The position numbers and the translations under genes are program-made. Shown in pieces: positions 8,791 to 19,841 of a stretch of 64,000 bases of DNA. The stretch spans positions 9,660 to 73,659 of IMG/VR virus record IMGVR_UViG_3300037333_000056; one strand, given 5' to 3'. The notes beneath the pieces are model-generated. The model worked only from the letters and a program-made list of their open reading frames with translations. It did not search any database and was not told the DNA's origin. This DNA is from a virus. Position 1 is the first letter of the stretch, and every line of letters begins with the position of its first letter.

Positions 8791-9966
8791 ATGAACAAAA
8801 CTGAAATTGCAATTATAAAAAACAACATTAATGCACAACTAGAAAACAAAGAAATTGCACCATTATTTATTAGTGGTGCACCTGGAATAGCAAAAACAAC
8901 AACAATTAAGCTTATAGCAGAAGAGTTAGATATGAATGTATCATCAATTTCTGCACCAACACTTTCAAGCGAGGTGCTAACTGGATTACCAGACGACTAT
9001 TTGGAACCAAAACTTGACAAATATACTGTTGACGGGTCAAAGGCTATTGCAACAAGATGGTCAATACCAGAATTAATTGCTGACGCAAATAGACTAGCAG
9101 AGAGCAAACCAACAATTCTATTGCTAGATGATTTTCATATGATAGGTTCTCACTTACAGTCTTACTTTTTTAAGTTACTACTAGAACGTTCAATTGGAAA
9201 CTATAAGCTTTCGGATAACGTAGTAATCTTGGGAACAATGAATAGCTCGGAGGAAGCAGGATTTTCAAACATTAACTCAGCAGTACGCAATAGAATGTCT
9301 ATTCTTGAAGTAGAATTAAATTTTGAACACTGGTTCGAGAGCTATGGGAAAAGATTGCATTATCTTGTAGCGTCATATCTTAAGGCTAAGCCTAGCAAGA
9401 TAACAGAACCAGAGTCAGTAGACATAGAAGGATATTCTACAGCAAGATCATGGTCTGCACTGTCTCATGAATTAAACTATATTGATAATGACTTCATAGT
9501 TAATAATGCAGAAAAGTTATGTGCAATGCAACATTCAAAATCTGCAGCTAAATCATTTGCATCTCACGTTGCAAAGGTGAATGCAATTAACTTTGAAAAT
9601 ATAGTTTCTGTGAGAAGCATCATAAATATTAGAAACTTGTCAGACCCTATTGCATCTATTTTGTATTCATATATAGTTAACTTTATTTATACAGTTGAAG
9701 ACGGAATATATCTAATGGAACTGATTGATGAAAATATTAAAGATAGGACTTTTATTGGATTTCTAATGGGTGAACTATACACATTGTACACACAGGAAGA
9801 CAAAAATACTGATGGAATAAGACTTGTTATTGACAAGGTTCTTGGTACAGATGCAGACAAAAAACTATACACAAATACATCTGATGCAAAATTTAAAAAA
9901 GCAGAAAAATATGTATTTAAAAATAAGGACGAAGTGATGGATATTGCATCACAATATTTAATTTAA
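8791..9966 (+). CDS. MoxR-like AAA+ ATPase (N4 gp24-like)
   Basis: GAPGIAKT Walker A, LLLDD Walker B, SAVRNRM arginine finger, STARSW. Confidence 0.85.
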   Translation: MNKTEIAIIKNNINAQLENKEIAPLFISGAPGIAKTTTIKLIAEELDMNVSSISAPTLSSEVLTGLPDDYLEPKLDKYTVDGSKAIATRWSIPELIADANRLAESKPTILLLDDFHMIGSHLQSYFFKLLLERSIGNYKLSDNVVILGTMNSSEEAGFSNINSAVRNRMSILEVELNFEHWFESYGKRLHYLVASYLKAKPSKITEPESVDIEGYSTARSWSALSHELNYIDNDFIVNNAEKLCAMQHSKSAAKSFASHVAKVNAINFENIVSVRSIINIRNLSDPIASILYSYIVNFIYTVEDGIYLMELIDENIKDRTFIGFLMGELYTLYTQEDKNTDGIRLVIDKVLGTDADKKLYTNTSDAKFKKAEKYVFKNKDEVMDIASQYLI

Positions 9967-9976
9967 AGGCAAGATA

Positions 9977-11380
9977 ATGAGTACAGAAGAAATAAAAAAA
10001 CAATTCGAACAAGATACTGAGAGACTATTATATACAGAACTAGCAAAGAATTTAAATTTGCTAGTTGGGACAAACAAAACATCAGCAGCCTCTCTAGGAT
10101 TATTTCTTAGTCTACCAATTAAAGTAGAACTTAGAAAGATGCAAGATGAGGTTCTTGTGTCGGCAAAAAGAAAGAAAATACACAACAGTGTGACTAGCTA
10201 CATCAAGCATGACGACACAACAAAGGTTATTATAGTATTTTACTACTCAAAAGACTCGCAGATCAAGAAGTTCAATAAGATGCTTGAAAAAGAGTATTCT
10301 TTTGTGTATTTAACATACTTGTATGCAAGAGAAATGATGAGAATCAGTATGAACCACAACACTAAAGCTCACTATGATTTTATGTCTAGACATATTTCTT
10401 ACGTACAATCGAATTTAAAACTTTTTGCAGTAAATACATGCTCATATTATATTGTAAATAAATTCATCTACAAACTTATGTCGACTAGCTTCACATCAAA
10501 AGATGTAACTAATGTTTTCGCGAACCAACTATTCACTACTGCATATGACAATCTGACAGATATAGAAATACTAAAAGAAGTAGAGCAAAATATCTTACAC
10601 AATACTGTAGTGCTAGATGAAAACTTATTTCAACTTGTTCTTGAGGAGGAAAACATATTACTCACAAATCATGAACTAGTGAATGATGAATACGACGAAC
10701 ATATTGTAGACCTAGGTGAATCACTTAAACAAACGATAAAGCAATACGGAAGAGGAACTGCATCTGCTGAGATTTTCGGAGAAGCATTCACTGCAAAAAA
10801 AGTAAAGGCAGGATGGTTTAAAAAGTTAAAAAATACATTTAGTAGACAAGTATACTATGCGACAAATGATTATTTTACATCGTGGTCATCAATCAATTCA
10901 ACATACAGAAAAAAGTTTAAGTCTCCAAAGCATAAATTTGAAGAGCATAAACTAAATGTAATACTTTCAATTGATCATTCTGGTTCCGTGCTTACTGAGG
11001 AACTACAAAGGTTATACGGACTTATTGAATCAAAAGCAAAGCATATCGGAAAACTTACTGTACTAATCCACGATACTGAAATCATTAAAGAGTTTGTTTT
11101 ATCTGGTTCTAGCATTAAGACTGACCAACAATTCAAGGCAGCACTTGCAACTAGATATGGAGCAGGAGGAACATCTCATTATAATGTATTTAAGCGAGTG
11201 GATGAGATTGTTACAGAACCAGAAAAGACAATTTATATGTCATTTAGCGATAATTACTCAGACATTCCACAATCACTAGATAAGTATCAAGTTATTAAAA
11301 AACTATCTCCAATATGGATATGTTCTATAGATAATCATCTAAATGCATCATGTGGTGGAACAAATATAACACTGAAGTAG
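9977..11380 (+). CDS. vWA-domain protein with degenerate metallopeptidase region (N4 gp25-like)
   Basis: IDHSGS MIDAS, GAGGTS, FSD; directly follows the AAA+ gene. Confidence 0.8.
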   Translation: MSTEEIKKQFEQDTERLLYTELAKNLNLLVGTNKTSAASLGLFLSLPIKVELRKMQDEVLVSAKRKKIHNSVTSYIKHDDTTKVIIVFYYSKDSQIKKFNKMLEKEYSFVYLTYLYAREMMRISMNHNTKAHYDFMSRHISYVQSNLKLFAVNTCSYYIVNKFIYKLMSTSFTSKDVTNVFANQLFTTAYDNLTDIEILKEVEQNILHNTVVLDENLFQLVLEEENILLTNHELVNDEYDEHIVDLGESLKQTIKQYGRGTASAEIFGEAFTAKKVKAGWFKKLKNTFSRQVYYATNDYFTSWSSINSTYRKKFKSPKHKFEEHKLNVILSIDHSGSVLTEELQRLYGLIESKAKHIGKLTVLIHDTEIIKEFVLSGSSIKTDQQFKAALATRYGAGGTSHYNVFKRVDEIVTEPEKTIYMSFSDNYSDIPQSLDKYQVIKKLSPIWICSIDNHLNASCGGTNITLK

Positions 11381-11401
11381 AGAATTTAAAAAAGGAAAAA
11401 A

Positions 11402-12397
11402 ATGATTGTACACGGGATAAATATCGATGAAGTTGTAAAGCTTATACCTAAGTCAGGAAGCAAGACATCACCTAAAGACGACAAATACAATATGACATAT
11501 AGACTTGCTTTGCTATCAGAAATGAACAGAGTATATACGTTAAGAAAATTTACTGGATACAATATAGATATTGCAGAGGCGAGAAATGACGCAGTGAAGT
11601 ATTGGATGATAGATGGCGGAGTGCAGTACAAGAACGATGCGAAAGATAACAGATGGAGGTTTAGATTTAAAAACAGCACAGAACAAAAACTTAAAGAAGT
11701 GGAAGATGCAATAGCATCAAAATGCTTAGACTCACAGCTTAAATACTTGCCAAACTCAATTACATACAGTAAAATACACAAAATAAACAGAAAAAAAAGC
11801 AAGGAACTAGATATTTCTCTAAATAACTTCTCACTTAGTATGTTTAAAAGCAAAACAAAAAATAAAAATTTTTCATCTACAGAAGTAATGACATATATAG
11901 AAAAGCTAATAGTGGAAAATAACGAAGTAGATGCACATGGTAAAGAAGTAGAGATTCTTGAAGAATATATTAATTATATGCTTGACAATACAAAAACTGT
12001 ATCATATGAGCTAATAAATGTTCTGTCAAAATTAACATATAAATATAAAGATACTATAAAAATAAATATTGGAGTGTTATCAATTGGAGCGATAAATAGA
12101 TACACTCGTAAAGACAATAATAAATTTTTAACTCAAAATAAAATATTAAACATAACATCGTCAACTCCTATATCAACAAGATCTTCAAAGCCAAAAGAAA
12201 AGAAATATCATGGAGAAGAATATTATATTTACGCATTATTTCTTGAAATGTATCCAGAGTATCCAAAGTGTAAAGAGTTAAAAGACTGGTTGTATAAAAA
12301 CATAAACTTATCGGAACATAAATATAAACGAATGGACAATGCAATAGCTGAAGTAAATAAAAGAATAGATAGCACACAAAGAAGGAAACAAAAATGA
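11402..12397 (+). CDS. Hypothetical basic protein
   Basis: 331-aa ORF, AAGGA RBS. Confidence 0.8.
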   Translation: MIVHGINIDEVVKLIPKSGSKTSPKDDKYNMTYRLALLSEMNRVYTLRKFTGYNIDIAEARNDAVKYWMIDGGVQYKNDAKDNRWRFRFKNSTEQKLKEVEDAIASKCLDSQLKYLPNSITYSKIHKINRKKSKELDISLNNFSLSMFKSKTKNKNFSSTEVMTYIEKLIVENNEVDAHGKEVEILEEYINYMLDNTKTVSYELINVLSKLTYKYKDTIKINIGVLSIGAINRYTRKDNNKFLTQNKILNITSSTPISTRSSKPKEKKYHGEEYYIYALFLEMYPEYPKCKELKDWLYKNINLSEHKYKRMDNAIAEVNKRIDSTQRRKQK

Positions 12398-13227
12398 TAC
12401 ATGCAGATTTAAGAGATGACATAGTAAATATTGACAAGTTTAAGTATATGTCATACATAAAAAAAATAAACAACATGAAAACGAAAAAAGAAAGAACAGA
12501 ATTCATTACAATGTTGTCATGGGTAATATATAAAACTGATAAAGCTGAATCATTTTCAGAGTACACAAGGATTACGTCACTATGTTTAAGCAGTAAAGAT
12601 TTAAATAAATTTATAATGAGATACAAACTATTTAAACTACTGTATTCAAAAAGCAGACTTGCTACAGAGCCACGTGTTGTAGATAAACTAGCACACAGAA
12701 TAGATAAGGTATTTACATGTGGACTATTGACTCACGATATAGATATTAGCCCAAAAGAATTTATGTCTATATTTGAATTTGGAGGAACTATAGATATTGG
12801 GAGAAAGGAAATAGGTGTTGACGTAATGTGTGAATTCATACATAAGATTGAAAATGTATATGACGAAAACAAACTTATTGAGAATTTCATATTAGGCACT
12901 ATAATTAGTGAATTTGATGGAGGAAGCGGAATAAGATATGGAAGAGTAGAACAGAACAGTAGGTATAAAGAAATAGATATTCTAAGGAAAATAGGATACG
13001 TAAAACAATATTCATCTAACAACATAGCTAAAAATGGTAAAAAGTACATAGAGATACTACTAAAGAGTCTTGAGCAAAAGTTAAGTAGCATTGATACAAA
13101 AGAAGATATTACATGTGAAAACATAAAGGAACTAAAAATTTCACTATCGATGTATAATAAACATATAGTTGATGAGTTAAGAAGAGTAAGAGAATATGAT
13201 AAATTATTTGGAGATATATATGCATAA
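12394..13227 (+). CDS. Hypothetical protein
   Basis: 277-aa coupled ORF. Confidence 0.8.
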   Translation: MIHADLRDDIVNIDKFKYMSYIKKINNMKTKKERTEFITMLSWVIYKTDKAESFSEYTRITSLCLSSKDLNKFIMRYKLFKLLYSKSRLATEPRVVDKLAHRIDKVFTCGLLTHDIDISPKEFMSIFEFGGTIDIGRKEIGVDVMCEFIHKIENVYDENKLIENFILGTIISEFDGGSGIRYGRVEQNSRYKEIDILRKIGYVKQYSSNNIAKNGKKYIEILLKSLEQKLSSIDTKEDITCENIKELKISLSMYNKHIVDELRRVREYDKLFGDIYA

Positions 13228-13666
13228 TATTAAAGAAATTAAGTTAAAAAATTCTGAAGGAACAGAGCTTGTAACTAAAAAGCAGACACTATATGGATAC
13301 AAAAAATTTTTTGTTAATACAGGAAACAAGATAAACATATACAAGCAAATGATATTGCACACAAAGAGGTCAAATACAAAAATATGGAAATTTTTAACTG
13401 AGACTGCAAATCTAGAGGACGATGTTATTTTAATAGTTGATGAATTTGAGGAATTAAAAAGAAAAGCATTAAAAGAAAAGGAGAGTATTATAGAAAAAAA
13501 GCTAAAATCAGCTCTCGACATTAAAGACTTTATTTTATTCCTTAATTACAAAGGAGCTGATGTAACAAATATGTATTATGAATATATAGGCAGAATTCAG
13601 AGTGATGATGTTCCACACAGAAACACTAATAATCAACACGTAGAAACAGCAATAGAGGAATTATAG
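13220..13666 (+). CDS. Hypothetical protein
   Basis: GGAG RBS before ATG 13220. Confidence 0.75.
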   Translation: MHNIKEIKLKNSEGTELVTKKQTLYGYKKFFVNTGNKINIYKQMILHTKRSNTKIWKFLTETANLEDDVILIVDEFEELKRKALKEKESIIEKKLKSALDIKDFILFLNYKGADVTNMYYEYIGRIQSDDVPHRNTNNQHVETAIEEL

Positions 13667-14058
13667 TGACAAAGAAAGAACTAGAAGATAGAGTATCAGA
13701 ACTAGAGACTGAACTAATCTTCGAAAGAAAGAAAATATCAAGAATGTCTGACACAATAATTAGTGTAACAGAGCATATGAAAGAGCTATCGAAAAAAAAT
13801 ATAAAATCTTCGTTATCAACTAACAATGCAGAACCAGAAAAGAAAAGAAATTGTAAGCACGGGTTCTTCGTAAAAGAAGGAAATGAAACAGATACATCGA
13901 ATATGCTATTCATAGAAGTGCTTGGAGATCTTGATATGTTAAAAGATTCAGAACAAAAGTGTAAGACACTATTTACATTCAAGCCAGAGGACCTACAGAA
14001 CTGGTTCGCACAGATAAGTAAAATAATGAAGGAGAAGCAAGCAAAATGCAAAACATAA
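13666..14058 (+). CDS. Hypothetical protein
   Basis: GTG start overlapping the upstream stop. Confidence 0.7.
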   Translation: MTKKELEDRVSELETELIFERKKISRMSDTIISVTEHMKELSKKNIKSSLSTNNAEPEKKRNCKHGFFVKEGNETDTSNMLFIEVLGDLDMLKDSEQKCKTLFTFKPEDLQNWFAQISKIMKEKQAKCKT

Positions 14059-16151
14059 AAGTAAAGAAGAGGGATGGGACACTAGAGCAGTTAGACATCT
14101 CAAACATTAGAAAACAAACTATTCCTGCATGTGAAGGCCTTAACGCATCATATGAATCACTAGAATTAGAAGCAGGAATTTCATTTAAAGACGGGATGAA
14201 AACATCAGAGATTGCTGACCTGCTAGAGTTTTCTGCATTACGAAAATGTGATGTTGACACTCCAGATTGGACATTCGTAGCAGCAAGGCTAAAACTATAT
14301 AGAATATACCATTCAGTAAAGCATACGTACTTACCAAAAAAAGAAAAAGGAGATGTTTACAGCATAGTTACATTTAAAAACTATCTTGATATGGTGAGTG
14401 ATAGATTATCATTCGACTATAAAGATATTAACGTCAATGTAGAGAAATTAAATAACAGTATAAAAAGCGAAAGAGACTTGCTATTTACAGCACAAGCAGT
14501 AGATATGTTGTCAGGACGGTATTTAATTAAAGAAAATAAAACTGTAATTGAATTGCCACAGCACTTCTTTATGTGCCTAGCATTATTTTTAGCACAAAAC
14601 GAAGAAGATGTTACGTCGAAAGCAATTGAATTTTATAATGATATGTCGACACTTAAGTTTCTGCCTGCTACACCAACACTTGCAAACGGAAGACTAAAAA
14701 ATGGAAACTGCTTTAGTTGTGCAACAGGATCAACTGAAGATAATATAGAGTCTATCTTTGATACATATAAAACACAAGCACTTGGCTCTAAATCAGGAAC
14801 TGGATGGGGATGGGATTGGACAAGAGTACGTGCACTTGGTGGAACAATTCAAAACATTTCTGGAGCAGCTGGAGGACTTGTACCTTGGATGAAGCTAGAA
14901 AATGATGTAGCTATTGCAGTTGACCAACTAGGGAATAGACTTGGAGCAATAAATTGTTCAGTAGAGTCATGGCACTTAGATATTGAAGATTTCATCGACT
15001 TAAAAAAGAATGGTGGAGAGGATAGACGCAGAGCAAAAGAATTGTTCATAACTATTTCATGTTCAGATTTATTTATGTCCAGAGTTGAAAACAATCAAGA
15101 CTGGACGCTATTTGATCCAGCAGATGTGCCTATTCTAGCAGAGACATATGGAGAAGAATTTGAACGTGAATATCTAGCAGCGGAGGATCTTGCACATAAC
15201 GCAGCTGAGAAGTTTTCAAATGAGCCTAAAAATATAAACGCTAAAATATTATGGAAGAAAATGCAAACAATGTTCTCAGAAACTGGAATGCCATTTATAT
15301 TCTTTAAAGATAATGTAAATAACGCAGCGGACCTAACTCTGGTTGATGGGATTATTAGATCAGCAAATCTATGCATGGAATATTTTACACCAGTAAAAAA
15401 CGACGAAGTAGTATTGTGCAACTTAGGATCAATAAACCTAAGTAAAGTAAATATAGATGACAAAGATGAGATGAAGCGTGTTATAGATTCAGCAATAAGA
15501 ATGCTTGACAACGTAATAGACTTAACAGAGTATCCTATTCCAAATTCAGAATATACACAAAGAACCAGAAGAAGCATAGGACTAGGAGTTGCTGGAGAAG
15601 CAGAATACATTGCAGGTCTAAAGATTACATATGGATCAGAAGAGCATAAGTCAAAAGTAGTTGAGTTGTACTCACACTTTCAAGAGTGTGTAGATAACGC
15701 ATCAGTAAAACTTGCTAATGAGCGAGGACCATGGAATAAAGATAGTGTATATAGAAACTATGTTAGGAGTTGTGTAGCACCAACAACTTCAGTTGCAGTT
15801 ATAATGGGGACAACTGCAAGCATTGAGTCTGCGTACGATAAAGTATGGACAGAAGAAATTAAGCTTGGAACATACAAAGTTACAGCACCAAACATTAACG
15901 TAGACAACTATAATTATTATATTCCAGCATACAAGGTTGATGCAAGAACATCTGTAGAGCTTACAGCACTTCGACAACCTTGGTTCTGTATGGGAATATC
16001 GCACAATATGAATTTCGATCCTAAGACAGCGACAGGAAAAGAAGTATTTGATGCATACATGCTTGCATGGAAACTTAAAATGAAAACAGTATATTATTAC
16101 AGAAGCAAATCTTTAAGAGTAGAAGATGCATGCATAATGTGTGCTGGGTAA
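14046..16151 (+). CDS. nrdA: Class I ribonucleotide reductase alpha subunit with ATP cone
   Basis: VKKRDG ATP cone, ATPTLANG, SC, NLCME, CNLGSINL, APT, C-terminal CxxC. Confidence 0.95.
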   Translation: MQNIKVKKRDGTLEQLDISNIRKQTIPACEGLNASYESLELEAGISFKDGMKTSEIADLLEFSALRKCDVDTPDWTFVAARLKLYRIYHSVKHTYLPKKEKGDVYSIVTFKNYLDMVSDRLSFDYKDINVNVEKLNNSIKSERDLLFTAQAVDMLSGRYLIKENKTVIELPQHFFMCLALFLAQNEEDVTSKAIEFYNDMSTLKFLPATPTLANGRLKNGNCFSCATGSTEDNIESIFDTYKTQALGSKSGTGWGWDWTRVRALGGTIQNISGAAGGLVPWMKLENDVAIAVDQLGNRLGAINCSVESWHLDIEDFIDLKKNGGEDRRRAKELFITISCSDLFMSRVENNQDWTLFDPADVPILAETYGEEFEREYLAAEDLAHNAAEKFSNEPKNINAKILWKKMQTMFSETGMPFIFFKDNVNNAADLTLVDGIIRSANLCMEYFTPVKNDEVVLCNLGSINLSKVNIDDKDEMKRVIDSAIRMLDNVIDLTEYPIPNSEYTQRTRRSIGLGVAGEAEYIAGLKITYGSEEHKSKVVELYSHFQECVDNASVKLANERGPWNKDSVYRNYVRSCVAPTTSVAVIMGTTASIESAYDKVWTEEIKLGTYKVTAPNINVDNYNYYIPAYKVDARTSVELTALRQPWFCMGISHNMNFDPKTATGKEVFDAYMLAWKLKMKTVYYYRSKSLRVEDACIMCAG

Positions 16152-16162
16152 GAGAGGAAAAC

Positions 16163-17176
16163 ATGAAAAAATACTATAATCCAGATTCTAACGAAAAATT
16201 CAACGACGCAAAAATTGTAGGTGGAAACCCTACTGGAATTATAAACTCATCAATTAGCCCACATAAGTGGGCATTGCCATTATATAGGCTTATGGAGTCA
16301 TACACATGGTATCCAGAAGAATGTAATTTGTCTGACGACAAGACATTGTATATGGAGCTTCCTGCAGAAATGAGACGATCATATGACATGGCATTGGCAC
16401 AATTAATACAGAATGATTCTGTTCAGGCTAAACAGTTACCTGAGGGAATTGCCCCATATGTAACTTCGCCAGTTGTATCAATGTGTCTAACAAGACAAGC
16501 ATACGAGGAAACAAACCATGCAAGAACTTATGCACTTGGAGCAGAAGAAATATGTGACGATGTAAACAGAATCTATACAATGGATAAGCAAGAACCAGCA
16601 CTGATGAAGAAAAACTTAGCAGTATCAAGAATGTATGAATCTATAACATCTGACTCAGAGCCGACTCATCAAGACTTACTTAAAATAGCTACAGCAAATC
16701 AAATTTTAGAAGAGTTAGTTTTCCCTGGTGGATTTTGTGTGTTGTGGTCATTTAAATTTCCAGGAACAAGTAAAGCAATCGGGTTCATCCAAAGAGATGA
16801 GCAGGGAACACATGTACCACTCTTCCATAATATCTATAGGGAAATGAAGAATATTGAAGCACCAACTGAGCAGACATTAAAAGAAATAAAAAAAATGATA
16901 ACTGATATGGTGGATGAAGAGAAGATGTGGACAAAAGAAATTTCTAAACCGTTAATGGGGTTCAGTGACAAGGCAATAGATATGTTCATTGAGAACCAAG
17001 GCAACTCAGTATGTAAAAACCTAGGTTTGTCAGATTTATTTGAGCGTACAGACGGTGGACCACTATTAGAGTTCATGAATCTAAATTCAATGATATCTGG
17101 AACTTCAAAAAAAACAAACTTTTTTGAAGTGGCAGTTGGCGACTATGCAGTAAACTCACTAGACGAGGACTATTAG
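16163..17176 (+). CDS. nrdB: Ribonucleotide reductase beta subunit
   Basis: WYPEE, EETNHARTY, IQRDE..H, TNFFE. Confidence 0.95.
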   Translation: MKKYYNPDSNEKFNDAKIVGGNPTGIINSSISPHKWALPLYRLMESYTWYPEECNLSDDKTLYMELPAEMRRSYDMALAQLIQNDSVQAKQLPEGIAPYVTSPVVSMCLTRQAYEETNHARTYALGAEEICDDVNRIYTMDKQEPALMKKNLAVSRMYESITSDSEPTHQDLLKIATANQILEELVFPGGFCVLWSFKFPGTSKAIGFIQRDEQGTHVPLFHNIYREMKNIEAPTEQTLKEIKKMITDMVDEEKMWTKEISKPLMGFSDKAIDMFIENQGNSVCKNLGLSDLFERTDGGPLLEFMNLNSMISGTSKKTNFFEVAVGDYAVNSLDEDY

Positions 17177-17287
17177 TATGACGCATAGTAACTATGTAGA
17201 TATGGCAATCATATGGAACTCAGTTCTTCAATCAGGATGGTTCATATGGAGCTATTCAATACACAAGAGAAAACATAAGGAAGATAG

Positions 17288-17488
17288 ATGATTATTGCAC
17301 ATTTACAGGTTGGCGACACAATTTTCAGAAAGAAGAACAAGAAAGAGTTTACTGTAACAAAGATAACAAACGCTTATAATGCAACATTCATTACTGTAGA
17401 AGATGTGGAGTCAGATGAAAAGAAAACATTAACATATGGAAACAAGGCACTGTTAGACATTTATGACTCAAAAGGATCAAAAATCTAA
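17288..17488 (+). CDS. Small hypothetical protein
   Basis: AAGGA RBS; LQVGD start motif. Confidence 0.7.
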   Translation: MIIAHLQVGDTIFRKKNKKEFTVTKITNAYNATFITVEDVESDEKKTLTYGNKALLDIYDSKGSKI

Positions 17489-17500
17489 GAAAGGATTAAC

Positions 17501-19603
17501 ATGGACATAGATGAAATATTAGACTCTCTTGAGACTTGTGGTAGACGCAAGACTCCTCGCATTATTTGGGAATCAGTATTGTATTATTATGGCTCAATAT
17601 TGCTAAACAAATATAGATTCAAAAAAACAGTTGGAACTGATAGGCACATAAAATATTACAGTATAGTGTTTGCAAAAAGTGGACAAGGAAAAACATTCAG
17701 CTCTGGCGTTGTTGAAAAGCTATGCAGGCTAGAGAAATATCCAGATTCAATGATGTCGTATTACATGAAGTATCTTGAATCGCTTCCTGTTGACATAGCA
17801 GAAGAGTCAAACGATGTAATAAAGTATATGCCAAAATCTGTAACAATAAGCGTAGAAGGTACAGCAGAAGGTCTATTTGACATGATTAAGTCTCAAGTAG
17901 AATCAAATTTTGGAAGTACAAATTTATTTACAGATGAATTTGGTGAAGTAATTGCATCGTCATCTGGACTACTTAGTAAGTTAAAAGAAGCATATGATGG
18001 AACAATTAAAGCTAAAGTGATACGTGGTTCTGAAGATCAATCAGTACGGAATGATATTACTAATATAACATGTAATTTTCTAGGACTAGGGTCAAGAAAA
18101 GGAGTATCAACAGAGTCTGAAAAAGAATTAAAACGTATTGCATCATCTGGAATGTATAGACGTACATTTATTATTGAAAACAAAGATTTAGTTGAAAAGA
18201 ATACAACAGAAAGCGACATATCAAAACTAGAAGTGTACTTTGAAGAAATAAACAAAAAGCATACTAACGCTCTATCAACATTATCAGCCTCAGTTGGAAC
18301 AGTATTTATAGATAGATTCATGAAATACTCAAATGACTATAATGAAAGAATTGAAACTATAGATGACGAATTAATAGCTTCTGCACATTCAGACCAATTA
18401 AATGAATTTGCACAATACAACACAGGTTCTTTAGAGATTGTAATTGATTTATCGCATATTATAGCATTTTTAGAGGATGATGACGAGCTTAAACTTAAAC
18501 ATATAGAAAAAGCATATGATTTTATGGTAAGAACAAGAGAGAGCGTAGAAGATACATTTAAATCAGTACACCCATATAAGCTTATGTATGACCTATTAAA
18601 GATGAAGTCTAACATGACTATATCTGAAATGACAGAATTTGAAGATCAGATACCAGTACAAAAAACTAAAATTCAAGATAATTTAGATTTACTGGAAGAG
18701 TTATGTTATAGACGTGATGAAATATTAGTTAAAAACAAAGGAAAAGTAACAAGATACAGTATTGAATCACTGCCTAAAACGAATCTGAAGAAACTTATAT
18801 TATCAATGTCTACAGATAACAAAGGAAAGTTTGCTATAAACTTTAAGCCAGGAGAACTTGCATGGGAAAACTTTGAAAAACTAGTGACATCAAAGAATGT
18901 AGATAGCTTCACAACTTGTCATTACGAACCTACATCAAAAGCACCAGAAGGTCACAGAGAAGCAAAAAGTGCAATAGAGGGGCAAAATATGATTGCCTTT
19001 GATATAGATGAGAATATGACGATTGAGGAGGCACAAGAAGCACTAAAAGAGTACACATACATAATGTACACAACAAAGTCGCATCAAAAAGATAAAAATG
19101 GTGAAATATGTGATAGGTTTAGGATAATACTACCTACTGAGACTATGTTCTATGTTACTCCTGAACAACACAAGCTTATGTATGAGAACATTGAAAAAGT
19201 GCTAGGCATACACTCAAACGATCCACAGACAAGAAATGTATCAAGATTATTTTATACAAATCCAGATGCAGATGTGTTTCATAACGATGGAGAACGTTTA
19301 GTAGATGTGTCATGCTGTATACCATCAACAGATAAATCTGACAAGATTATGCCTATAATGGAAAATATAGCAGAACAAGAAGAGTCTGGAGAAATGGATA
19401 GGCGTGAAGCTGGAATAATAAAATGGGTTCTAATGAACACAACTACAGGAAATAGAAACGGAAACCTATTCAGAGCAGGAATGTTCTTCAAAGACAACGG
19501 ACAAGATTTTGCATACAAATTGCAATACATAAACAATATGCTACTAGAGCCAGTTGATGATAGAGAGTTAAAAGCTATAGTATCTAGTGTAGCTAGAAAA
19601 TAA
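17501..19603 (+). CDS. DNA primase (N-terminal P-loop domain + AEP/PriCT-like primase; N4 gp43-like)
   Basis: AKSGQGKT, DEFG; FDID, YTTKSH, RFRIILP, GNRN; size and synteny match N4 primase. Confidence 0.85.
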   Translation: MDIDEILDSLETCGRRKTPRIIWESVLYYYGSILLNKYRFKKTVGTDRHIKYYSIVFAKSGQGKTFSSGVVEKLCRLEKYPDSMMSYYMKYLESLPVDIAEESNDVIKYMPKSVTISVEGTAEGLFDMIKSQVESNFGSTNLFTDEFGEVIASSSGLLSKLKEAYDGTIKAKVIRGSEDQSVRNDITNITCNFLGLGSRKGVSTESEKELKRIASSGMYRRTFIIENKDLVEKNTTESDISKLEVYFEEINKKHTNALSTLSASVGTVFIDRFMKYSNDYNERIETIDDELIASAHSDQLNEFAQYNTGSLEIVIDLSHIIAFLEDDDELKLKHIEKAYDFMVRTRESVEDTFKSVHPYKLMYDLLKMKSNMTISEMTEFEDQIPVQKTKIQDNLDLLEELCYRRDEILVKNKGKVTRYSIESLPKTNLKKLILSMSTDNKGKFAINFKPGELAWENFEKLVTSKNVDSFTTCHYEPTSKAPEGHREAKSAIEGQNMIAFDIDENMTIEEAQEALKEYTYIMYTTKSHQKDKNGEICDRFRIILPTETMFYVTPEQHKLMYENIEKVLGIHSNDPQTRNVSRLFYTNPDADVFHNDGERLVDVSCCIPSTDKSDKIMPIMENIAEQEESGEMDRREAGIIKWVLMNTTTGNRNGNLFRAGMFFKDNGQDFAYKLQYINNMLLEPVDDRELKAIVSSVARK

Positions 19604-19613
19604 AAGGAGAACT

Positions 19614-19841
19614 ATGAACAACAAAACACAAGTTGGTGGCGATCATTATGACAAGATGGTAATATCACCTATAGATTATATAGAAGCAAACGAAATGAAG
19701 TTTGCAGAAGGAAATGTTATAAAATACATTAGTAGATTCGAATCTAAAAATGGAGTAGAAGACCTCTATAAGGCGAGGCAGTACTTATCGTTTGTAATAG
19801 AAAGAGAAGAAGCAAAACTTGGAGAAAAAGAAAATGACTAG
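19614..19841 (+). CDS. DUF3310-type protein
   Basis: VGGDHY...FAEGNVIKYISR..KNGVEDL.KA..YL. Confidence 0.85.
   Translation: MNNKTQVGGDHYDKMVISPIDYIEANEMKFAEGNVIKYISRFESKNGVEDLYKARQYLSFVIEREEAKLGEKEND

Noticed and set aside
14046-17176. Intein or intron in nrdA/nrdB
   Set aside because: Lengths are normal, catalytic motifs are contiguous, and there are no splice motifs
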